38,369 nucleotides of DNA from a virus (lineage: Duplodnaviria > Caudoviricetes), in the IMG/VR virus record IMGVR_UViG_3300020161_000089, positions 1-38,369 of that record; one strand, written 5' to 3'. Of the stretch, positions 13,816-23,577 are shown piece by piece (within the stretch, counting starts at the first letter, position 1; each line of letters starts with the position of its first letter). The translations under genes and the position numbers were made by a program. The notes under the pieces were generated by a model. That model was not told the DNA's origin. It did not search any database and saw only the letters and a program-made list of their open reading frames with translations.

Positions 13816-14510
13816 TGAAACCTATTCGCATATTTGTTGGATTTGATAACAACGCAGAGCCAGTGGCATACCACGCCTTCTGTCAATCTGTAATAGAGCA
13901 TAGTTCTATACCGGTATCATTCACTCCACTAGCACTAAACACTTTGCAGGGCTATAAAGAAACTCACACAGACGGATCAAACGCTTTCATATACTCACGC
14001 TTCTTAGTTCCATCACTATGCGACTATGAAGGTCTAGCTATATTTGCTGATGGCGATATGATAGTTAAAGGTGATATAGCAGAATTAGTAGCACTCTATG
14101 ACGACACTAAAGCAGTACAGGTCGTTAAGCATGAGTATACAACTAAAGCAGCTACTAAATACTTAGGCGCAAAGAATGAGAACTATCCTAGAAAGAACTG
14201 GTCTAGTGTAATTCTATTTAACTGCGCTAAGAATAAAGCACTCACACCTGACTTGGTAATGACATCAACAGGTAGCTACTTACATCGCTTTAGCTGGTTA
14301 AATGATGCTGACATAGGGGCATTGCCTATTGAATGGAATTGGTTAGCGACTGAGTACGAATATAACCCTGACGCAAAGCTAGTGCATACAACCTTAGGCA
14401 CTCCATGCTTTGGTGACTATCAAGATACAGATTACAGCAAAGACTGGTGGGAAGTTTATTACAGCATGATATATCCATTAACAGGTAACGATAAAGAAAG
14501 CATTTTGTAA
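13815..14510 (+). CDS. GT-A fold glycosyltransferase (GT8-like)
   Basis: IFVGFD, F..SRFLVP, AIFADGDM (DxD), YPRKNWSSVILFN, LPIEWNWL, LVHTTLGTP. Confidence 0.82.
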   Translation: MKPIRIFVGFDNNAEPVAYHAFCQSVIEHSSIPVSFTPLALNTLQGYKETHTDGSNAFIYSRFLVPSLCDYEGLAIFADGDMIVKGDIAELVALYDDTKAVQVVKHEYTTKAATKYLGAKNENYPRKNWSSVILFNCAKNKALTPDLVMTSTGSYLHRFSWLNDADIGALPIEWNWLATEYEYNPDAKLVHTTLGTPCFGDYQDTDYSKDWWEVYYSMIYPLTGNDKESIL

Positions 14511-14547
14511 TTTAACAGGGTGACCAACCAATAGGAGTCACAATAAC

Positions 14548-14865
14548 ATGGCAGACGAAACAGTAAAAACACATGGTGGTGCTAGAGAAGGTGCAGGTGC
14601 GCCAGAAGGCAATAAAAATTCAATAAAATCAAACAGATTATTTTCTGAAACAATCAAGAGAATGGTCACGCAGTCTGAAGGTGAAGTAGTCCGTAGAATA
14701 GCAACGGCATTAATAGAAAAAGCATCAGATGGCGACTTAGGTGCTATTAAAGAATTTGCAGATAGATTAGAAGGTAAATCAATAGCAACGACTGAGATTG
14801 GTGGCATTGATGGTGCAGATATACCATTAAGCATAGGGATTAAGTTTGTCGCAACCGATAGCTGA
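14548..14865 (+). CDS. terS: terminase small subunit
   Basis: GGAREGAGAPEGNKN N-terminus, GDLGAIKE.ADRLEGK; precedes TerL. Confidence 0.75.
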   Translation: MADETVKTHGGAREGAGAPEGNKNSIKSNRLFSETIKRMVTQSEGEVVRRIATALIEKASDGDLGAIKEFADRLEGKSIATTEIGGIDGADIPLSIGIKFVATDS

Positions 14866-16099
14866 GTTCCCTGACAAGTTACAGTTTCTATTTGAGCCAC
14901 ATCGTTATAAAGTTGCTTATGGTGGTAGAGGTAGCGGTAAGTCATGGGGATATGCAAGGGCATTGTTAATACAAGCTGCTAATAAACCTTTAAGAGTGTT
15001 ATGCGCTCGTGAGATACAAAAGTCTATTAAGCAGTCAGTACATACATTATTGAATGACCAAATACAAGCATTAGGCTTAGGTTCATTCTACGAAGTATTA
15101 GAGTCAGAGATAAGAGGTAGGAACGGTAGCACATTTACATTTGCAGGACTGGCCAGTAATACGGTTGAGTCTATTAAGTCATTTGAAGGGTGCAATATCG
15201 TTTGGGTAGAGGAAGGGCAGACAGTATCTAAACGCTCATGGGATATATTAATCCCTACGATACGGTCAGAAGGTTCAGAGATATGGATTAGCTTTAACCC
15301 TGATGTTGATACAGATGATACTTACCAACGCTTTGTTGTTAATCCACCTGATAACGCTCATGTAGTTAAAGTAAATTATAGTGATAACGCTTGGTTTCCT
15401 AAAGTATTAGAGATAGAGCGATTACATAGTAAAGAACACAACCCAGACTATGCAAATATATGGGAAGGCGATTGTAAAGCAGCAGTAGATGGTGCTATAT
15501 ACGCTAATGAGATAAGAGAGGCGCAAGAAGGTGGCAGAGTTACCACAGTGCCTTACGATCCAATGTTAAAGGTTCATGCAGTAATGGACTTAGGATGGAA
15601 TGATAGTATGTCTATTATCTTATGCCAACGTGGTGTATCAGACGTACGAGTTATTGGTTACATTGAAGATGACCACAGGACATTAGATAGCTATTCTGCA
15701 CAGCTTAAAGCATTGAACTATAACTGGGGACAGATGTTTCTACCGCACGATGGTAGGACTAAAGACTTTAAGTATGGCACTAGCGCAGAAGAGATAATGC
15801 GTAAGCAAGGTTGGGATGTAAGGATAGTTCCAATGGCAGACATAGAATCAGGGATTAGAACAACTCGCATGAACTTTCATCGTATATACTTTGACAAGTC
15901 AGCGATAAGATTAGTAGATTGTTTAAAGCATTACAGACGTAGCATTAATAGCAATACGCAAGAGCCAGGCGCACCATTACATGATGAATACTCACATGGT
16001 TGCGATGCAATGAGATACATGGCTACCTCTATTGACCAGATGAAGAACGAGTCATGGGGTGGCGGTAAGATACAATATAATTCTAAGGGTATAGTATGA
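14846..16099 (+). CDS. terL: terminase large subunit, PBSX/headful type
   Basis: YGGRGSGKS Walker A, CAREIQKSI, VWVEE Walker B, LIPTIR, DLGWND, HDEYSHGCDAMRY. Confidence 0.96.
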   Translation: MSQPIAEFPDKLQFLFEPHRYKVAYGGRGSGKSWGYARALLIQAANKPLRVLCAREIQKSIKQSVHTLLNDQIQALGLGSFYEVLESEIRGRNGSTFTFAGLASNTVESIKSFEGCNIVWVEEGQTVSKRSWDILIPTIRSEGSEIWISFNPDVDTDDTYQRFVVNPPDNAHVVKVNYSDNAWFPKVLEIERLHSKEHNPDYANIWEGDCKAAVDGAIYANEIREAQEGGRVTTVPYDPMLKVHAVMDLGWNDSMSIILCQRGVSDVRVIGYIEDDHRTLDSYSAQLKALNYNWGQMFLPHDGRTKDFKYGTSAEEIMRKQGWDVRIVPMADIESGIRTTRMNFHRIYFDKSAIRLVDCLKHYRRSINSNTQEPGAPLHDEYSHGCDAMRYMATSIDQMKNESWGGGKIQYNSKGIV

Positions 16100-16194
16100 C
16101 GCCAGAAGAAAGAGCCGAATTAGTTAGACTTAAAGAGCTATTAAAAGGCAAAGAGCCTGTTAAACCTAAACGTGGTCGCAAGCCTAAAGGATAG
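16096..16194 (+). CDS. 32-aa basic micro-protein with AT-hook-like motif
   Basis: MTPEERAELVRLKELLKGKEPVKPKRGRKPKG*; ATGA coupling. Confidence 0.5.
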   Translation: MTPEERAELVRLKELLKGKEPVKPKRGRKPKG

Positions 16195-16196
16195 AT

Positions 16197-18422
16197 ATGA
16201 ACGACAGCGAAATACTTTACCGCATAGAACAAGAAGAACAAATCGCTTATGGTATTAATGACGCTGCTCTATCTAACGATAGGGCTACTGCTATTGACTA
16301 CTACTTAGGCGAACCATTTGGCAACGAGGTAGAAGGTCGTTCACAGGTTGTTAGCTCAGATGTACAGGACACGATAGAGTCAGCATTACCACAGTTGCTT
16401 AAAGTATTTGTATCTGGTGACCAAGTAGTTACGTTTGACCCAAAGAATGCGGAGGATGTTGACGGTGCTGCACAAGAAACGGATTATATCAACCACATTG
16501 TCATGGAAAAGAATGACGGTTTTACAGTTTTCTACGTTTGGTTTAAGGACGCTCTACTTTCTAAGAACGGTTACGTTAAGGCATACTATGAAGAGGAATC
16601 TGAAGTTGAGGAAGAAAGCTACGATGGATTAACAGATGCACAGCTATCAATGCTAGTGCAAGATGAGAACGTTGAAGTATTAGAACACACCGCTTATGCT
16701 GATCCATCATTCAATCTTGAAGCCATGATGCAACAAGCCGTAGCTAATGGACAAGACCCATACGGAATGCAAGCACCATTCTTACACGATGTAAAGATTA
16801 GCGTTACAGAAACAAAAGGTAAGATTTGTATTAAGAACGTAGCACCTGAAAATATCATGGTGTCAGTTGATACAGCAAGCCCATCATTACAACACGCAAG
16901 GTTCGTACAGCATCGTGAGGTTATGAGTCGTGGTGAAGCATCAGAAGCCTTTAAGATTAGCAAGGTTAAGATGGATGAAATCTTTGCTGAATCATCAGAT
17001 AACCTAGAGCAAGAATCAAACGCTCGTGACATTTACAATGAAGAGTATGACCGTGTATCTGATATGGGTATGGTATTAGTACGTGATACTTATATCCGCT
17101 TAGATGACGAGCTTACTCGCTGTGTTGTTATCGGCAATAGAATAGTATTTAAAGAGAAGGCAGAAGTCGTGCCATTCGCTTGCATTACACCAATGTTAAT
17201 GCCACATCGTCATATAGGTCGTAGCTATTCAGACTTAACGATGGATATTCAGCTAATCAAGTCAACGCTATTACGTGGCCAGTTAGATAATATGTATCTA
17301 GCTAACAACGGCAGATATGCTATTAGCGACAGAGTTAATTTAGATGATATGCTGACCTCAAGACCTGGCGGTATCGTTCGTGTAGAAGGTGAGCCAATGT
17401 CAGCTATCATGCCATTAAGCCATCCACCTTTACCAGCCTCTAGCTTTGCATTGGTTGAGTACATGGATAGCATGAAAGAGAAACGCACCGGTGTTACTGC
17501 TTACAATCAAGGCTTAGATGCTAACAGTTTGAATAAGACTGCTAGTGGTATCGCACAAGTTATGTCTGCCGCTCAGCAACGCATTGAGTTAGTCGCTCGT
17601 ACGTTTGCAGAAACAGGCGTAAAAGACTTATTTAAGTTAGTCCATAGGCTAGTGAGGACTTCATACACAAAACCTGATGTGGTGCGATTACGTAACAAAT
17701 GGGTTGATGTTGATCCAAGAGAATGGAAGAACCGTAGCGACTTAACTATATCAGTAGGCTTAGGCGCAGGCAATAAAGACCAACAGCTTATGCACTTGAC
17801 TACAATCTTACAAATGCAAAAAGAAGCACTAGCAGCAGGTATAACTTCACCTGAAAAGATTTATAACGCATTAGCTAAACTTACACAGAATGCTGGCTTT
17901 AAAAATCCTGAGGAGTTCTGGACTAATCCTAGTGAGAACCAACCAGCACCACCGCCTAAATCTGATACCGAGATTGCAATAGAAGGTCAGAAAGAAATTG
18001 AAGCGATGAAACTACAAGCAAGCGCACAGAAATTCCAAGCTGAAACTGAAGTGGCTAGAGAGAAAGCACAGCAACAATTACAACAAGAGCAAGCACGTTC
18101 TACTAATGACGTACAGATTGAACAAGCTAAGATTGCAGCACAGATGGAACTAGAACGCTGGAAGGCGGAGTTACAAGCTCAAGTAGATTTACAAAAAGAG
18201 CAGATGCGTGTTGAAGCACAGCGTCAGATTAAAGAGATGGAATATACACAAGCAAAACCCATGCCAATTAATGTGACTACACCTGATAACTCTGCTGTGA
18301 TGGAAACATTGGCTGTATTACTTGAACAACAAAAACAAGCGAATGACGAATTAGTTAGAACATTAACCAAACCAAAAACCATCGTGCGTGACAATAACGG
18401 TCGTGCTATTGGTGTAAATTAA
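16197..18422 (+). CDS. portal protein (P22-like, long C-terminal coiled coil)
   Basis: Follows TerL; YYLGEPFGNEVEGRSQVVS.DV, WFKDALL.KNG, GQLDNMYL, TGVTAYNQGLD; Q/E-rich tail. Confidence 0.92.
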   Translation: MNDSEILYRIEQEEQIAYGINDAALSNDRATAIDYYLGEPFGNEVEGRSQVVSSDVQDTIESALPQLLKVFVSGDQVVTFDPKNAEDVDGAAQETDYINHIVMEKNDGFTVFYVWFKDALLSKNGYVKAYYEEESEVEEESYDGLTDAQLSMLVQDENVEVLEHTAYADPSFNLEAMMQQAVANGQDPYGMQAPFLHDVKISVTETKGKICIKNVAPENIMVSVDTASPSLQHARFVQHREVMSRGEASEAFKISKVKMDEIFAESSDNLEQESNARDIYNEEYDRVSDMGMVLVRDTYIRLDDELTRCVVIGNRIVFKEKAEVVPFACITPMLMPHRHIGRSYSDLTMDIQLIKSTLLRGQLDNMYLANNGRYAISDRVNLDDMLTSRPGGIVRVEGEPMSAIMPLSHPPLPASSFALVEYMDSMKEKRTGVTAYNQGLDANSLNKTASGIAQVMSAAQQRIELVARTFAETGVKDLFKLVHRLVRTSYTKPDVVRLRNKWVDVDPREWKNRSDLTISVGLGAGNKDQQLMHLTTILQMQKEALAAGITSPEKIYNALAKLTQNAGFKNPEEFWTNPSENQPAPPPKSDTEIAIEGQKEIEAMKLQASAQKFQAETEVAREKAQQQLQQEQARSTNDVQIEQAKIAAQMELERWKAELQAQVDLQKEQMRVEAQRQIKEMEYTQAKPMPINVTTPDNSAVMETLAVLLEQQKQANDELVRTLTKPKTIVRDNNGRAIGVN

Positions 18423-18431
18423 GGATAAATC

Positions 18432-18857
18432 ATGGCAACATACGTAAAATATGAATTAGGTATTGAAAAGATGATGGAAGGCGGTAACGCTGGCTCTGAT
18501 ACTTGGCAACTTATCCTATCAAACACAGCACCAAACGTGGCTACTAATACTACTGCCGCTAGTGCTACTGAATTAGGCACAAGTGGTGGTTATACAGCAG
18601 GTGGTGTGAACTGTACGATTACAAGTGCGGCATCAACGGCAGGTACATATAAACTTGTACTAGCAGCACCAGCTTCACCAACATGGACAGCGTCAGGTGG
18701 TGGCTTTACGTTCCGCTATGTCATTCTCTATAACCTATCTCAAACACAATGTATTGGTTATTGGGATTATGGATCATCAGTTGTTATGAACGGTACTAAC
18801 GCTGATACATTTACGCCTACACTAGATGCAGTGAACGGAGTATTTACAGTTGCTTAA
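18432..18857 (+). CDS. virion structural protein
   Basis: Thr/Ala-rich; GGYTAGG, WTASGG.F.FRYVILYN, IGYWDYGSS. Confidence 0.65.
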   Translation: MATYVKYELGIEKMMEGGNAGSDTWQLILSNTAPNVATNTTAASATELGTSGGYTAGGVNCTITSAASTAGTYKLVLAAPASPTWTASGGGFTFRYVILYNLSQTQCIGYWDYGSSVVMNGTNADTFTPTLDAVNGVFTVA

Positions 18858-18921
18858 TGTTGACTACACTCTGCCATGTGAAACTGGCCATCTTGGATAT
18901 ACACCAGGTAAAATGAAATGA
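18856..18921 (+). pseudogene. possible relic of a repeat-protein gene
   Basis: Frame reads VDYTLPCETGHLGYTPG, resembling the YTLxCxxG...YTPG units of 21478..22464; in-frame ATG missing by one base. Confidence 0.3.
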
Positions 18922-19547
18922 CAGCACTATTAACTAGAGCAGCCAAAGGTTCAGCACTTACTTACACTGAGTTTGATGGAAACATTGACGAGATTGAACT
19001 ACGCACCGGTCAAGGCTGGAATGACTTAGTTCAAGATGTAACAGTTCGGTCAGGCTCTAATGCACCTAGTCCTACTATCTTTATTGGTGGGATTAGTGCT
19101 TACGAGTTCTCACCTACCACTATGAATGAGTGCTTTGTAAACTTTCACATGAGGCATGACTATATAGCAGGCACTATGGTTTATCCTCATGTCCATTGGT
19201 CACATAATACAGATGCAGCAGGTGTAGTTCGGTGGGGATTTGAATATACACTAGCTAGACGTAATGACAGCACTGGTAATGTTACATTTGCATCACCTTC
19301 TACATTGTACATTGAGCATACAGTTACATTAGGTGAAACTTATCAGCATCATGTAAATGAAGCGGCAGATGGATTTGGTATAGCAGGAACAGACTTACAA
19401 GAAGATGCAATTATTATTTGCCGTGTGTTTAGGGATGCTACTCATATTAATGATACATACCCAGACCCAATTCATTTGCTAACAGTAGATATTCACTATG
19501 AGTGCAACACCCTATCAACCCCTTTGAGAGTTCCACCATTTAACTAA
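18918..19547 (+). CDS. putative fibre/decoration protein
   Basis: N-terminal LTRAAKGSALT..EFD.N motif seen in phage fibre proteins; beta-rich C-terminal domain. Confidence 0.55.
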   Translation: MTALLTRAAKGSALTYTEFDGNIDEIELRTGQGWNDLVQDVTVRSGSNAPSPTIFIGGISAYEFSPTTMNECFVNFHMRHDYIAGTMVYPHVHWSHNTDAAGVVRWGFEYTLARRNDSTGNVTFASPSTLYIEHTVTLGETYQHHVNEAADGFGIAGTDLQEDAIIICRVFRDATHINDTYPDPIHLLTVDIHYECNTLSTPLRVPPFN

Positions 19548-19548
19548 T

Positions 19549-19905
19549 ATGCCATATTTAGCTGACAGAGTAAAAGATACAACGACTAGCACAGGAACTA
19601 CTGCTATTACGTTATCAGGCACAGCCCCGACAGGGTATCAAGCATTTGCTACTGCTTTTGGTTCTGCGTCTTTAGTAGTGCCATATTGCATAGTAGGAAC
19701 TTCAGAATGGGAAGTTGGTAAAGGTACATTTAACGGTACTACTGGCTTAACTAGAGATACAGTTAGAGCATCAAGTAATAGTAACGCATTGGTAAATTTT
19801 AGCGCAGGTACAAAAGATGTATTTGTAACTGCAAACGCAGAATTATTAGATAACGCAAATGTAGGTTTACAATCAACCCAAATACGCGGTTGGGCTTTAC
19901 CTTAA
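19549..19905 (+). CDS. virion structural protein (fibre-base-like)
   Basis: LADRVKDTTTSTGT, EWEVGKGT, VNFSAGTKDVFVT. Confidence 0.6.
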   Translation: MPYLADRVKDTTTSTGTTAITLSGTAPTGYQAFATAFGSASLVVPYCIVGTSEWEVGKGTFNGTTGLTRDTVRASSNSNALVNFSAGTKDVFVTANAELLDNANVGLQSTQIRGWALP

Positions 19906-19916
19906 AGGAGTAATAT

Positions 19917-20381
19917 ATGGCAGGAAATAGTGACCCAATTTATAGTAAAGTAGGTGATATACAATCCTCTAGTTTAGCGGCAGGTACACTTCTTGGGCCA
20001 ACAGCTAATACTGCTCAAGATGGAACAGGTACTATGTACCCCATTTGGGCGGCAGATGCTACCAATGGTGGGTTCTTTCAAAAACTAACCTTTGAGAGTA
20101 TTACCACAGTAGCGGCAACCGTATGTCGTGTATTCTTATCAGATACCGTTCCAACAGTAACAAGTGGTGCGTTGGTATCTAATACTTCACTAAATACGCA
20201 TAAGATTGGTGAGATTGCATTACCGCAAATCACAGTATCACAAACTGCCGCAGCCCCTCACTTAGAATTAGCTCTTAATATGGCTATTCCAGCAGGTTAT
20301 CGTATTTCAGTTACATTTGGTACTTCCACTGGTGCAAGTACGACTGGGTGGTCAGTTTTGGGTATCGGTGGGAAATATTAA
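19917..20381 (+). CDS. virion structural protein
   Basis: 154 aa, Thr/Ala-rich, RBS AAGGAG. Confidence 0.6.
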   Translation: MAGNSDPIYSKVGDIQSSSLAAGTLLGPTANTAQDGTGTMYPIWAADATNGGFFQKLTFESITTVAATVCRVFLSDTVPTVTSGALVSNTSLNTHKIGEIALPQITVSQTAAAPHLELALNMAIPAGYRISVTFGTSTGASTTGWSVLGIGGKY

Positions 20382-20383
20382 TC

Positions 20384-20548
20384 ATGGTCTATTGGCAAGT
20401 GACATTTAAAGATGGGTCACTTGGTTATCAAGTGATGGATGATGACCTAAACAATGCTATTGTTAAAGATATTGAAGGTAATCTAATGACAGGTGAATTT
20501 GAATATACAACTACGGACACAGAATGCCTTGTGCCAGCGTGGGCTTAA
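20384..20548 (+). CDS. hypothetical protein, possible fibre chaperone
   Basis: MVYWQVTFKDGSLGYQ...; ATG right after the upstream stop. Confidence 0.55.
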   Translation: MVYWQVTFKDGSLGYQVMDDDLNNAIVKDIEGNLMTGEFEYTTTDTECLVPAWA

Positions 20549-21466
20549 ATGCTAGATTTTAGTCATGTACCTACAAGGGGTAATGCAGACGTACAAACCT
20601 TTATAGGTAATCAGCGTACTGTAACAGGCGGTACACAACAATGGGTAAAACCTAGAGGCATCTCTATGGTTCATATTCTTTGCTTAGGACAAGGTGGTAA
20701 TGGTGCTTCGGCTACGGCAGGTGCTACATCAGCAGGTGGCGCAGGGGGTGGTTCAGGCGCACAATCTACGTTATTAATCCCTGCTCGTATGTTACCAGAT
20801 ATTTTATATGTTAGTGCTGGTGCAGGTGGCGCAGGTACGGCAGTAGCTTCAATCGTTGCCTCTAGACCAAATGGTGCAACCTATAACTCTATTCCACTAG
20901 CTCAAGATACATTCTTAATTGCTGGTGGTGCGATTGGTAATGCTGTAACGGCAGGTGCGGTAGGTACTGCTGCTACGGCTATCTTATCAGGCAAAGGTAT
21001 TGCTACTTTCTTAGCAGGTTTAGCTGGCGGTGCAGGTGGTGCTGCCACAGGTGCAGTAGGTGCTGCGGTTGCTGCTAATACAACAGGATTGATGGTAAGT
21101 GCTGGAGGTGGTGGTGCAGGTATGAGTGCTGCTGCTGCTTTTGCTGGTGGGGCTGCTTTCACAACTGCTTTACCGACAGGCTTTGTTGGACATGGCACAG
21201 GTGGTACAGCAGGTACATCAGGCGTTGCAGGTGGTCGTGGTAATCATGGCGCACAGATATTATCAGACGCTAATGGCGGATGGGTATTATCAGGTGGTGG
21301 TGGTGGCGGAACTGGCTTCCCTACGGCTACTGCTTCAGCAGGTGGCAATGGTGGTAATGGTGGATTTGGTTGTGGAGGTGGCGGAGGCGGTGGTTCTGTC
21401 ACAGGACAAACAGCAGGTGTTGGTGGATTAGGTGGGGCAGGGCTTGTAATTATAACGGCTTGGTGA
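20549..21466 (+). CDS. glycine-rich fibre protein
   Basis: WVKPRG, GGAGGGSGA, GGNGGNGGFGCGGGGGGG, GGLGGAGLVIITAW. Confidence 0.7.
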   Translation: MLDFSHVPTRGNADVQTFIGNQRTVTGGTQQWVKPRGISMVHILCLGQGGNGASATAGATSAGGAGGGSGAQSTLLIPARMLPDILYVSAGAGGAGTAVASIVASRPNGATYNSIPLAQDTFLIAGGAIGNAVTAGAVGTAATAILSGKGIATFLAGLAGGAGGAATGAVGAAVAANTTGLMVSAGGGGAGMSAAAAFAGGAAFTTALPTGFVGHGTGGTAGTSGVAGGRGNHGAQILSDANGGWVLSGGGGGGTGFPTATASAGGNGGNGGFGCGGGGGGGSVTGQTAGVGGLGGAGLVIITAW

Positions 21467-21477
21467 TTGGATAATCC

Positions 21478-22464
21478 ATGTTAGGTTTTAACCCATTATC
21501 AAGCACCCCACTAAGTAGCTTACCAGTAGCAAGTGGCCCAGCAGCATACACATTAACGTGTAACGCTGGGGCTTACACTTATAGTGGGCAGGTTGCTACA
21601 TTAACCTATACACCAGGCGCAACAACAATCAACTACACGTTAGTTTGTGCTAATGGTAGTTATAGTTATACTGGAGTAGCGGCAAGTCTTAAAGTTGCTC
21701 ATAGACTTACCTGTAACGTAGGTGCTTACACTTATACAGGCATAGCGGCATCATTAAAGGTAGCACATAGATTAACTTGTGCAGTAGGGGCTTATACTTA
21801 CACAGGTGTAGCAGCAAGTTTAAAAGTAGCCCACAGATTAACGTGTAATGCAGGTAGTTACAGTTATGTAGGGAAAGACGCAACACTTACTTACTCTGCT
21901 GGATCAACTGCGTATAGTTTAGCCTGTAATGTTGGTAGTTATGCTTATACAGGTAAAGTAGCTACATTAACGTATGTGCCTGGCGCAAGTTCTACAAGCT
22001 ACACGTTATCTTGTGCTAGTGGTGCTTATATTTATGACAATGCTTACGTCAATAGTGGATATGTTGATAGTGGGTATTTTCAAGACAATGTAGTATTAAC
22101 TTATGTAGCCAATAGGCAAGCAGGGCCAGGCAGATTTAGACGGCAGTTAATCGTAGTAGAGATAGACGGTAAAGAGTACAGGATATTTGCTGACGAACTA
22201 GAAGCCTTCTTAGCGTCAATGAAAGAGGAAGCTAAAGACGAACCAGTTAAGGTTGACAGAAAGACCAAGAAAGTTAAGAAGGTTAAAAAGGCAATAGTTA
22301 GACTGCCAGAGATTAAGATTATATCAGCACCTGTAAGCATTATTCCGCAATTACAGGCGCAGATAGAAAGAACAAACGTAGTATTATATAATATCATGAG
22401 CAAAGCAATGCAACGCTACTCTGATGATATTGAAGATGAAGAATTAATTTTGATGATGTTATAG
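21478..22464 (+). CDS. repeat-containing structural protein
   Basis: MLGFNPLSSTPLSSL N-terminus, seven LxCxxGxYxYxG-type units, charged C-terminal domain ending EDEELILMML. Confidence 0.7.
   Translation: MLGFNPLSSTPLSSLPVASGPAAYTLTCNAGAYTYSGQVATLTYTPGATTINYTLVCANGSYSYTGVAASLKVAHRLTCNVGAYTYTGIAASLKVAHRLTCAVGAYTYTGVAASLKVAHRLTCNAGSYSYVGKDATLTYSAGSTAYSLACNVGSYAYTGKVATLTYVPGASSTSYTLSCASGAYIYDNAYVNSGYVDSGYFQDNVVLTYVANRQAGPGRFRRQLIVVEIDGKEYRIFADELEAFLASMKEEAKDEPVKVDRKTKKVKKVKKAIVRLPEIKIISAPVSIIPQLQAQIERTNVVLYNIMSKAMQRYSDDIEDEELILMML
21655..21852 (+). repeat. three 66-bp coding tandem repeats
   Basis: G(S/A)Y(S/T)YTG(V/I)AASLKVAHRLTCxx three times; DNA differs mainly at silent sites. Confidence 0.85.
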
Positions 22465-22471
22465 GATATAT

Positions 22472-23317
22472 ATGGCAAGGTTAGCTGAATCAGGTTCTTT
22501 ACAATATGGCATTGAGAATAACAATTTAACAAACGGTGTTGCAAGAATTGGTGCGTCTGGCTATATTGCTGGAACATATAAAGACTTTATGGCTTGGTCA
22601 TCCTATAACGTAGGTATTGAGCCTTCATGTCTAGCGGCACGAGGTCATTTATATCATGCCTTCTATAAAGAGCTATCATCTTATGGTTACAACATGACCG
22701 CTTCAGGTGATTTCTTTAGCACTCCAGATAGTGTAGCGTCTAGCATTACAGGCAACATCTCAATGATTGTAGATGTAGCATTGACAGACTGGACACCAAC
22801 GGTAGCTAACTGTTTAATCGCTAAAGACGGTGTAACAGGTGGTACACGTTCCTATCAATTCGCAGTAAGAACAGACGGCAAGCTACAATTTGCACACTCA
22901 ACCAATGGCACAGCTATTATTACAGCAGTATCAACCGTAGCACCTAGCTTTATTGATGGACAACGCTATCATGTAGCAGTAGAGCGTGAATCAGTCACAG
23001 GTAAGGTTAGATTTTATACAGGCACAAGTCATTTAGAGATGACGTTATTAGGCGCAGAGGTAGCAGGTACGGCAGGTGCTATCTTTGACAGTGCAGCCAT
23101 TGTGCAATTTGGTAACTTAGCAGCATTAACATTTGAACTAACAGGCAAGATATTTGATAGCGAGATATATTCAGGCTTGCAAATTACAGACCCGACTAAC
23201 GCTGTAATGAAAGTAGACTTTGATCCGACTGACTGGGTAAGTGGTACAACATGGACTTCTGCTGATACAGGCGAAGTATGGACAATTAACGGTAACGCAT
23301 TGGTAAAACGCACATGA
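22472..23317 (+). CDS. LamG/concanavalin-A-like domain virion protein
   Basis: LIAKD..RSYQFAVRTDGKLQF, DGQRYHVAVER..GKVRFY, LTGKIFDSEIY. Confidence 0.6.
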   Translation: MARLAESGSLQYGIENNNLTNGVARIGASGYIAGTYKDFMAWSSYNVGIEPSCLAARGHLYHAFYKELSSYGYNMTASGDFFSTPDSVASSITGNISMIVDVALTDWTPTVANCLIAKDGVTGGTRSYQFAVRTDGKLQFAHSTNGTAIITAVSTVAPSFIDGQRYHVAVERESVTGKVRFYTGTSHLEMTLLGAEVAGTAGAIFDSAAIVQFGNLAALTFELTGKIFDSEIYSGLQITDPTNAVMKVDFDPTDWVSGTTWTSADTGEVWTINGNALVKRT

Positions 23318-23577
23318 GCGACATAGAAGATATTAAACGTGGTGAACAAGCCGATGTTGTGCTTAATAACCCATTATTTAAAGAATCAATCACAAAAGTA
23401 CGTGACGGTATCATTAAGAGTATGGCATCAAGCGCATTAGGTGACGCTGAAACGCACAATCGTCTTGTGATAGCTATGCAGTTACTTAACCAAATAGAAA
23501 AACAGCTACAAGACGTTATAAATACAGGCAAGATGGCAACACTACAAACAGATAACAAATTTAAACTATTTAGGTAA
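23314..23577 (+). CDS. conserved head-region hypothetical protein
   Basis: RGEQADVVLNNPLFKE...INTGKMA, typical small gene between portal and scaffold. Confidence 0.7.
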   Translation: MSDIEDIKRGEQADVVLNNPLFKESITKVRDGIIKSMASSALGDAETHNRLVIAMQLLNQIEKQLQDVINTGKMATLQTDNKFKLFR

